Shown here piece after piece: positions 57,261 to 64,000 of a DNA stretch of 64,000 nt. How positions within the stretch are numbered: position 1 is the first letter of the stretch; the number at the start of each line of letters is the position of its first letter. The position numbers were made by a program, and so were the translations under genes. The notes under the pieces were generated by a model. That model ran no database searches. It was not told the DNA's origin and saw only the letters and a program-made list of their open reading frames with translations. This stretch comes from Litorivicinus sp. (GTDB taxonomy: Bacteria; Pseudomonadota; Gammaproteobacteria; Pseudomonadales; Litorivicinaceae). The DNA lies in NCBI GenBank assembly GCA_049609265.1, contig JBMYYI010000005.1, forward strand, positions 1,446 to 65,445, read 5' to 3'.

Positions 57261-58477
57261 GCTTTGACGTTCAGGCGCTGCGCGCGCAGTTCCCGATCCT
57301 GAGCACACAAGTGCATGGCAAGCCGCTGGTTTACCTAGACACCGGCGCAAGCAGCCAAAAGCCCCTGGTCGTGATCGAAGCCATGGACGCCTACTACCGC
57401 ACGCAGCATGCCAATGTACACCGTGGCATTCATGAGCTCTCCCAGAGCGCTACGGATGCCTACGAGGCGACCCGTGACAAATTGGCGGCCTGGATTGGGG
57501 CGGATCGCCGTGAGGAAGTGGTGTTTACCCGCGGCACCACCGAATCCATCAACCTGATTGCCCAGACTTGGGGGCGATCGCAGGTGCGTGCCGGCGATCG
57601 GCTGTTGGTGTCCGAGCTCGAACACCATGCCAACCTTGTGCCCTGGCAGATGCTAGCCGCAGAGACCGGCGCCCAACTGGTCAAGATCCCCGTTATGGCG
57701 GACGGCACCCTGGATATGGATGACTACGCCCATCAACTCAGTCTAGGGGCCAAATTAGTGGCCATCACTGAGGTCAGCAATGCATTGGGCACCATCATCC
57801 CGCTGGCTACCATGATTCCCCAAGCCAAGGCCGCAGGTGCGATCGTGGTCGTCGACGGAGCCCAAGGGGTGCCCCATCACCGGGTCAATGTCAGCAACCT
57901 TGGCGCGGATTTTTATGTCTTCAGCGCACATAAAATGTACGGGCCGACGGGCATTGGCGCCCTGTGGGGCCGGTATGAGCTGCTCGACAGCCTGCCACCC
58001 TGGCAGGGGGGTGGCGACATGATCGAACATGTGACCTTTGAATCCAGCACCTACAACACCGTGCCTTTTCGGTTCGAAGCCGGCACACCGTCGATCGCCG
58101 AAGGCATCGGTCTAGGCGCCGCATTGGATTGGCTGGCCAGCATTGACTTTGATGCCGCCACCGCACACGAACAGGCGGTCTTTGAGTACGCCCGCGAGCA
58201 GCTTCAGACCATCGACGGACTGCGCCTTATCGGTACCGCACCCGATGCAGCCGGCGCTATTAGTTTTGCCATCGATGACATCGCGGCCAGTGACCTAGGT
58301 ACCCTGCTGGATCATCAGGGAATCGCCGTACGAACCGGCCACCACTGCGCCATGCCCGCCCTGCAAGCTATGGGAGAAAGTGGCACCACTCGAGCCAGCT
58401 TTGGTTTGTACAACACCCGCGACGATGTCGACGCCCTGGTGCGCGGACTGCAGGTGGCCAAGGACATCCTGGCGTGA
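57257..58477 (+). CDS. sufS: cysteine desulfurase SufS (group II)
   Basis: 406 aa with the PLP-lysine region FSAHKMYGPTGIG and the catalytic Cys loop RTGHHCA. Confidence 0.95.
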   Translation: MSFDVQALRAQFPILSTQVHGKPLVYLDTGASSQKPLVVIEAMDAYYRTQHANVHRGIHELSQSATDAYEATRDKLAAWIGADRREEVVFTRGTTESINLIAQTWGRSQVRAGDRLLVSELEHHANLVPWQMLAAETGAQLVKIPVMADGTLDMDDYAHQLSLGAKLVAITEVSNALGTIIPLATMIPQAKAAGAIVVVDGAQGVPHHRVNVSNLGADFYVFSAHKMYGPTGIGALWGRYELLDSLPPWQGGGDMIEHVTFESSTYNTVPFRFEAGTPSIAEGIGLGAALDWLASIDFDAATAHEQAVFEYAREQLQTIDGLRLIGTAPDAAGAISFAIDDIAASDLGTLLDHQGIAVRTGHHCAMPALQAMGESGTTRASFGLYNTRDDVDALVRGLQVAKDILA

Positions 58478-59037
58478 TCGAATTGGCGAGCTTAAAAACC
58501 GGTGATGTATTGCAGGCCCGCTGCATCGTGCCGGCCAATCGCGTCCCTGCCGGGACCGCAACGGAATTGCCACCCGAAGCCACACTTGAGGTGACCCAAG
58601 CTCTAGGTGAGAGCCTAACGGTGAAATACGAGGGCAACCTGTATCGAATCTCGCCTGAAGGAATGCCGGCGCTGGGCATTGAGCCGCCCAATAGCGTGGC
58701 ACAGGCCCCGCAGGACATGACCGACGAACAAATCATGCAGGCGCTGGATGCTCAATTGCGGACCTGCTACGACCCTGAGATACCGGTCGATATCGTTGAG
58801 CTTGGCCTGATTTACGACCAGCGTTTATCCCAGCTATTGGATGGTCGAAAACACCTCAGAGTACTGATGACCCTGACCGCGCCGGGATGTGGCATGGGCC
58901 CAGTCATCGTTGAAGACATCAAACAGAAACTGAGCGCCCTGCCAGTGGATGTGGTGGATGTTGAACTGACTTTTGATCCGCCGTGGAATCGCTCGCGCAT
59001 GAGTGAAGCGGCGTTGCTAGCAACAGGAATGTTTTAA
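58474..59037 (+). CDS. sufT: DUF59/MIP18-family Fe-S assembly protein (SufT-like) with an N-terminal extension
   Basis: 187 aa. The C-terminal CYDPEIPVDIVELGLIYD ... LTAPGCGMG segment is a DUF59 pattern. The GTG start overlaps the sufS stop. Confidence 0.75.
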   Translation: MIELASLKTGDVLQARCIVPANRVPAGTATELPPEATLEVTQALGESLTVKYEGNLYRISPEGMPALGIEPPNSVAQAPQDMTDEQIMQALDAQLRTCYDPEIPVDIVELGLIYDQRLSQLLDGRKHLRVLMTLTAPGCGMGPVIVEDIKQKLSALPVDVVDVELTFDPPWNRSRMSEAALLATGMF

Positions 59038-59345
59038 TGTGGCACCCCGTTAAACCGGCACAGGAAATTGAGCCTGGAACCTACGTCCGGGTTGAGCTAG
59101 ATGAATTCGATGTTTTGGTGTTCAACCTAGAAGGCGAGTTTTTTGCCCTAGAAGATCGCTGTACCCATGACGACGCCGAGCTGGACGGGGGCGAAATAGT
59201 CGATGGATGCATTAAGTGCCCGAGGCATGGGGCCTGTTTTGATATTAAAACCGGCGACGCCAAGTCAGCCCCCGCTTACGAGGCAACGGATCGTTTCGAA
59301 TGCCGGATAAACGAACAAGCCATCGTTGAAGTCGATATTGACTAG
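59037..59345 (+). CDS. Rieske [2Fe-2S] ferredoxin-type small protein
   Basis: 102 aa with the CTH...(17)...CPRHG Rieske ligand pattern. Forms a TAATG junction with sufT. Confidence 0.8.
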   Translation: MWHPVKPAQEIEPGTYVRVELDEFDVLVFNLEGEFFALEDRCTHDDAELDGGEIVDGCIKCPRHGACFDIKTGDAKSAPAYEATDRFECRINEQAIVEVDID

Positions 59346-59523
59346 CTGACCTTAGGCTCGTCCTCACGATTCAAGCTCGGAACGAGACGCGTGTCTGCCA
59401 CAAGAGTGGCCGCAGCCTCGACCGATTGTTGCCGTGCTCGTTCTCCTCGGCGTAACGACTTATTTACGTTTGCTCGTAACTTTTCTAGCTGAGCAGGTGT
59501 GATGCTTCTGTTAATCTGCACCG

Positions 59524-60381
59524 ATGATGTCTCCATTAAATTCCACGACAACGTCGCAAGCGAGCCCTGATCTATTACTCGAACACATTGCGCACGCCCA
59601 CAGCCCGGACGCCGAAGCGCAACGTATACCCTGGTATTTCAAAGGCCACTTAGTGGGGTCCCTTTCCGACACATGGCGCGAGCTCGCGACTCATTATCTG
59701 GGTCACAAGCTTGATGCAACCAGTGTGAGTCAAGTTCACGCGTTGTGCCAGTCTATTCGTTCCCACGTCTCGCAATGGATGGATGAGCCCTTTGGTTTGT
59801 ATATCCCGTCGCAAATCACACCTATCGGGCAAGTCCCCCGCGGGGCGGTGTCACATTTGGGTTTACAGGCCTATGGCGTGCACGCCAACGGATTTGTCCG
59901 TAAGGCCGACGGCATCCACATGTGGGTCGCCAAGCGATCAATGAACAAGCCCACTTTCCCTGGGCAATGGGACAATATGGTCGGCGGGGGTTTGACCGCT
60001 GGCCTAACGCCAGATCAGGTCCTGGCCAAGGAAACCGACGAAGAAGCCGGACTGCAACTCGATCAAATGCTGAACGTTGAGCAAGTGGGCATCCTGAACT
60101 ATCAACACAGTCACGCAGGCGGCCTGCGTAACGACCGGCTCGTCATCTACGATCTGGAACTCCCCGAGGGCCTCACCCCCCACCCCAAAGACGGCGAGGT
60201 TGAGCGATTTGAATGCTGGCCGCTCGATCAGCTACTGCAGGTCGTCTCTCGCACCCGCGAATTTAAGTACAACTGCAACTTGGTGATCATGGAGTTTTTA
60301 TTGCGCCATGGTGCGCTGGACGATCACCCCGACAAAGAGGCGATCGCCGAAGCGTTAAACGAGCGGTTTCAGCCCACCTAG
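59524..60381 (+). CDS. NUDIX hydrolase-family protein
   Basis: 285 aa with a degenerate Nudix box, GGGLTAGLTPDQVLAKETDEEAGL. There is no clear Shine-Dalgarno, so the start is uncertain. Confidence 0.7.
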   Translation: MMSPLNSTTTSQASPDLLLEHIAHAHSPDAEAQRIPWYFKGHLVGSLSDTWRELATHYLGHKLDATSVSQVHALCQSIRSHVSQWMDEPFGLYIPSQITPIGQVPRGAVSHLGLQAYGVHANGFVRKADGIHMWVAKRSMNKPTFPGQWDNMVGGGLTAGLTPDQVLAKETDEEAGLQLDQMLNVEQVGILNYQHSHAGGLRNDRLVIYDLELPEGLTPHPKDGEVERFECWPLDQLLQVVSRTREFKYNCNLVIMEFLLRHGALDDHPDKEAIAEALNERFQPT

Positions 60382-60669
60382 GTCCATCGCGGTGCGCAGA
60401 TCCGGTTGACCCTGGATGGGCTCGTGGCCAATCACTTCGTCATACGCACACTGATGAACCACAACCGCCTTGTCCGCGCCTAGCGCGGCGAGATGCGTGC
60501 CCGCTGCGGTGGCGCTTTTAAATACTCGATTAGCACCCTTGTCGTCCTTAAGCAGCGCGGTTTTTTCCGCACTTACGGCTCGCACCAAATAAATGATGCC
60601 TTCGTTGGCCAGAATTTCGCAGTCGGCTTGGCCGTCCTGGATCAGGCGTTGCAGTTCTTTGTCGCGCAT
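60355..60669 (-). CDS. hypothetical protein, co-operonic with the MerR/B12-binding regulator
   Basis: 104-aa ATG ORF starting 2 nt after the regulator's stop. No family recognised. Confidence 0.5.
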   Translation of the reverse strand: MRDKELQRLIQDGQADCEILANEGIIYLVRAVSAEKTALLKDDKGANRVFKSATAAGTHLAALGADKAVVVHQCAYDEVIGHEPIQGQPDLRTAMDLGGLKPLV

Positions 60670-60671
60670 GG

Positions 60672-61619
60672 CTAGTAGCCTTCTTGGGCTGCCCGGAAGC
60701 CTTCCAGATGGCTACGTAAGTCGTGCAAGGTTTTGATATACGGGACATCCAATTCCCGTAGCAATGGAGAATCTGGGCGTACTGCCGCCCCTCCGACGAA
60801 CATTGGAAAACCAGCGGGCAGCTGACGACGCAGTCGTCGCAGCTCACCTGGCAGGCGCGGATCATCGGCGGGATAAGTAATCGATAAACCCAGAGCCAGG
60901 GCACCGCTGCCGATCACCGCGGCGGCAATTTCATCAGCGGGTGTATTGGGGCCCAGGTAAATCGGGCTCCAGCCTTCGCTGGCACAGGTCACCGAGACCA
61001 TCAGCGCACCCAGTTCATGCAACTGCCCCGAGGGGGTAGTGATGACAATTTTAGGAGCACTCTGGTATTCAGTGCTGGCAGGACGCAAGGAGCCCAAGAA
61101 GGTCCGGATCTGAGCCGTCGCCACATGCTCCTGGGCGATCCGCAAGGAACCATCCCGGGTGCCCTCGCCAATTTCACGTAGAACCGGAGAGATCACTTCT
61201 TCCATTAGCACGGGAATGGTGTTCTCCAGAGATACCTTAAGCAGTAATTCATCAATCAGCTGCGGGTCGTGGGCGCGTACCGCCTGCATCACTTCAAAAC
61301 GTATGTTTGCGAGCGAGTCGGATTCGTCGGGCGCCAGACGCGTCGGGACAGCCGGTTCAGGACGATCCGAATCGATTAAGCTCTGCAACTGCTCGTCGGT
61401 GAAACCTGCGATATCACCAATCCGCCGTCCGCCCTCGGTGGCTTGTTTGAGCAATTTAAGCCTATGAACATCTGAATCTGAATACAGACGCCGCGCAGTA
61501 TCCGTGCGACCGGGCTCGACCGCCTGGTAGCGTTTTTCCCACGCACGGATCAAATCCGGCGAGAGCCCCGTGCGGAGCGCAACGACTCGAATGGGATGCT
61601 GCGGGGTGTGTAATTCCAT
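60672..61619 (-). CDS. MerR-family regulator with a C-terminal cobalamin-binding domain (CarH/LitR-like)
   Basis: 315 aa. N-terminal MerR helix-turn-helix (IRVVALRTGLSPDLIRAWEKRY). C-terminal Rossmann-like B12 domain with GQLHELGA (xxHxxG lower-ligand His), SIT and VGG segments. An AQEH motif lies in the preceding helical module. Confidence 0.75.
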   Translation of the reverse strand: MELHTPQHPIRVVALRTGLSPDLIRAWEKRYQAVEPGRTDTARRLYSDSDVHRLKLLKQATEGGRRIGDIAGFTDEQLQSLIDSDRPEPAVPTRLAPDESDSLANIRFEVMQAVRAHDPQLIDELLLKVSLENTIPVLMEEVISPVLREIGEGTRDGSLRIAQEHVATAQIRTFLGSLRPASTEYQSAPKIVITTPSGQLHELGALMVSVTCASEGWSPIYLGPNTPADEIAAAVIGSGALALGLSITYPADDPRLPGELRRLRRQLPAGFPMFVGGAAVRPDSPLLRELDVPYIKTLHDLRSHLEGFRAAQEGY

Positions 61620-61726
61620 CGGCTGAGGATACGCCAGCAGACTGTCTAGGACAATCTCTGAACAGAGGGTCCCATGCGCTTTTTGTGTTTTCAGTCTAGG
61701 CTGATCGCCGATGCAAGGAGAGACGT

Positions 61727-62143
61727 ATGAAGCGCGGGTTTAGTCTGATTGAACTGATAATTGCCGTCGCGATTATGGGCATTTTGGCCATTATCGCGGT
61801 GCCCAGCTATCAGGACTATGTCAACGACCAAATCGAAGGTCTGGCACAACAAAGCTTGCTCGAGTTGGCGGCGGTACAAGAACAATATTTTGCCGATGCT
61901 CGCGGTTACGCCTGCACGCAAGCCGAGGCCGGCTACGCCCTGCCCAGCGATGTCACCGACCACTACGATGCCCTGGTCATCACGACTAATCGATCGCCAC
62001 TGGCCACTCCGCCCGCCGGTTGCGTGGTCGCGTCCTCATCTGCCGTACCGACCTTTAGCCTGTCCCTAGAGCCCACCAGTGGTGGACGTCTTGAGGACCG
62101 AACCACGCTCAATTTCACTCCGCAGAGTGGACCGAACTGGTAA
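61727..62143 (+). CDS. pilE: type IV pilin, PilE-like
   Basis: 138 aa with the prepilin leader and N-methylation site MKRG/FSLIELIIAVAIMGILAIIAVPSYQDYV. AAGGAGAG Shine-Dalgarno upstream. Confidence 0.8.
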   Translation: MKRGFSLIELIIAVAIMGILAIIAVPSYQDYVNDQIEGLAQQSLLELAAVQEQYFADARGYACTQAEAGYALPSDVTDHYDALVITTNRSPLATPPAGCVVASSSAVPTFSLSLEPTSGGRLEDRTTLNFTPQSGPNW

Positions 62144-64000
62144 TCAGTTCTCCAGCTCGCGATACCAGTATTCAGTTTCCAACACGCCCTGCATGTTCAT
62201 GGACTGCTGGGCGGTGACGCCGTCTGCATTGACCAAGCGACGCACCTCACCGTCCTCAAAAATCAACGTTGAGTTGTCAACGTAGCCCCGGGCACTCGGG
62301 CCCAGGGTCGTCTTGAACGCCAAGCGACTGCCCCCCTGCTCGTCCTCGAGCTCGACAATCGCTGCCGCACCTGCCTTAGCGTCAAAGACGCGCAGACGAC
62401 CCAGCCCCGCCGGTGTGCAGGCGTTGAGCGCTAACGTGGGCGTCCAGGTGGGTACCGTGCTCCACCAATTGAACACTTGGGGAGCCCCCGTCACTTTTTC
62501 GCCCAGCGCCAATCGGCTGACCCAGCCCTTGACCGAGCTGCTGGCAACCTTGGCAATTTGTGCGGTTAACACCTCGTCGTAGTCATCAGGAATCGCGGTT
62601 AGTTCATTGAACGGCCGATCCACCAGTGCGCTTTCCAGACCATCCAAGCTGGAATTGAGATAGGTGACGGGCGAGCGCAGACTGCCATCGCCGGCAACCA
62701 CGGCCTGCTCGGGATCAATCGTGGTGTTGCTGTCCTTAATCATCGCTACCACGTCCTGGGTCTGGGTCAGCAGGGGCAATTCCTGCGCACCGGTACCCAC
62801 CACGACTTTCAAATGATCGGAGTCCTTGACCACCGCCGGCGGATAAAAAATGGCCCGCGGCAGATCGTTGTCCGCTACCACGGAAGCGTTCAAGGTCAAA
62901 TCGCCATTGAGATTCGCGATTTTGCGAACGTTCCACTGAGCCGGATCCATTGGGTCAAAATTGAGGCGCCATAGCTGCCCGCCCATATCACCCACAAAGG
63001 CCGTATCGATATAGCCGCGAGTATCCAGATCAACGTTCAGCCCCACCAAATCCGATGGAATCGCAAAGCGCATCTGAGTCTCATCGGTCTTGTAACTGGC
63101 GCTGCCGTCCCATCCGCTAAAGGCATTGGTTGCGCCCCCCTCAATCGTAGTGGGGCCGAACCATCGCACCAGATCACCGCTCAACAAATCCAGCACATAG
63201 ATACCCAGCCCGATCGTTGCGCCGCGATTGAGCCCAGACACCCTAGGGTAAGTCGCCGTATCAACGCCGTTGACGTCCTCAATCGATCCATAGTCATAGT
63301 CAAAACTTGGGTCATATCCGCCCGCAAAAATCGCCACCGGCTTGAGCTGACGCGTGGCGGTATCGTAGTGACCGCGAATCTTGCCCAGCGTCGGTTTGGA
63401 CCAGCTTTGGCCCATCAAACTAAAGGCCCCGCCGCTGGAGGGATCTTTTTTCCACATAAATTTGGGCGCTAATCGATCCGTGATGTCCAGGGCGTAATAA
63501 GCCCGACCACCGCGGCGCAATCCGAACATCAAAGTGACGCGATCACCCTCGGTGCGACTCAAAAGCCCATTGGGAGTACGATCGCTGGTGCTGGTGCGAT
63601 CGTGAACATCGACCACCACAGGACCATCGGCCAACACCAGGTGTTCGGATCCGGTCTCAGCTGTGTAGCGGGCCATCAGGCGAGTGGGTTGATCGTCGGG
63701 ATCGCTGCAGCTGATGTTGGGACCCGACTGATAACGGCATAGGGCCTCATCCACCAAGAACGCCCACAATTCGCGACCGCTGAGGGCATCGACTGCCCTT
63801 AACAAGCCATCATTAGCCAAATAAAACAGGGTACTTTGGCTGGGCGTTTCAGCCTGCCCGTCATAATGCACCATGACCGGCTGCGAGTGCAGAATGTCAC
63901 CGTGTAACCAATCCAAACGACTGCCGGTATCTGGGTCCAAGCCGCGGGCTAGCTTTATGTTTTCATCTGCCCATTGCTCGTCGATGCCAAAACGATCCGC
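62144..64000 (-). CDS. pilY1: PilY1-family type IV pilus tip-associated adhesin (C-terminal ~620 codons; 5' end outside the window)
   Basis: Has the GDILHSQPV motif and a beta-propeller-like C-terminal domain. The TTG at 63940 in the ORF track is not the real start. I translated 63941-64000 in frame (ADRFGIDEQWADENIKLARG) and found no stop. Confidence 0.85.
   Translation of the reverse strand, partial: ADRFGIDEQWADENIKLARGLDPDTGSRLDWLHGDILHSQPVMVHYDGQAETPSQSTLFYLANDGLLRAVDALSGRELWAFLVDEALCRYQSGPNISCSDPDDQPTRLMARYTAETGSEHLVLADGPVVVDVHDRTSTSDRTPNGLLSRTEGDRVTLMFGLRRGGRAYYALDITDRLAPKFMWKKDPSSGGAFSLMGQSWSKPTLGKIRGHYDTATRQLKPVAIFAGGYDPSFDYDYGSIEDVNGVDTATYPRVSGLNRGATIGLGIYVLDLLSGDLVRWFGPTTIEGGATNAFSGWDGSASYKTDETQMRFAIPSDLVGLNVDLDTRGYIDTAFVGDMGGQLWRLNFDPMDPAQWNVRKIANLNGDLTLNASVVADNDLPRAIFYPPAVVKDSDHLKVVVGTGAQELPLLTQTQDVVAMIKDSNTTIDPEQAVVAGDGSLRSPVTYLNSSLDGLESALVDRPFNELTAIPDDYDEVLTAQIAKVASSSVKGWVSRLALGEKVTGAPQVFNWWSTVPTWTPTLALNACTPAGLGRLRVFDAKAGAAAIVELEDEQGGSRLAFKTTLGPSARGYVDNSTLIFEDGEVRRLVNADGVTAQQSMNMQGVLETEYWYRELEN

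Noticed and set aside
59342-59551. A 69-aa minus-strand ORF between the Rieske and Nudix genes as a real gene.
   Set aside because: It has a TTG start, or an ATG with no Shine-Dalgarno. It overlaps both neighbours head-on and has no recognisable motif. I kept it only as an open question in the findings, not as a feature.
1-64000. A search for mobile elements, prophage remnants, toxin-antitoxin pairs, restriction-modification or other defence systems, CRISPR arrays and compositional islands.
   Set aside because: There are no integrase, transposase, recombinase, nuclease-helicase or methyltransferase-like ORFs. There are no repeat-spacer arrays and no flanking direct repeats or tRNA targets. 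Composition looks uniform apart from short AT-rich promoters. The window appears to be core chromosome.

Overview
This is a densely packed, moderately GC-rich chromosomal segment. Gene content suggests a marine gammaproteobacterium, but that is inference only. I call about 65 protein genes and one clear cis-regulatory RNA, a tandem glycine riboswitch. I found no tRNA or rRNA genes, CRISPR arrays, transposases, integrases, phage genes or recognisable defence genes.

Gene content from left to right:
- Purine catabolism: guaD-xdhCBA with a dedicated BMP-family ABC importer, divergent from an 8-oxoguanine-deaminase-like amidohydrolase and a DUF1338 protein.
- A sulfur-handling locus: DUF442, split YeeE/YedE, a persulfide-dioxygenase-like MBL and SulP. 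It runs straight into an aminotransferase and a polar amino-acid ABC importer.
- yajQ, a PhyH dioxygenase, a dehydrogenase and speB, converging on speA, carboxy(nor)spermidine dehydrogenase and its decarboxylase.
- An HD nucleotidase, TauE and tdk.
- A Fur-box-preceded fbpABC operon.
- hfq-hflXKC.
- An MFS transporter and an ABC exporter.
- A glycine riboswitch followed by a dadA-like oxidoreductase.
- A second BMP nucleoside ABC system with cdd.
- rmuC, glnS and several small redox genes.
- sufE, an Rrf2 regulator and sufBCDS-sufT-Rieske.
- A Nudix hydrolase.
- A MerR/B12-binding (CarH/LitR-like) regulator.
- pilE and pilY1.

Most of this is ordinary core metabolism, and I cannot show that any clearly novel system is present. 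The best candidates for follow-up are:
- the glycine riboswitch wired to a DadA-type oxidase;
- the extended sulfur, aminotransferase and ABC gene string;
- the B12-photoreceptor-like regulator with an unknown 104-aa partner beside pilus genes;
- the PhyH/dehydrogenase pair fused into the speB transcription unit;
- tdk plus a coupled 26-aa micro-ORF sitting behind an iron-regulated operon.

All functional calls come from reading the translated ORFs and motifs by eye. No database search was run.
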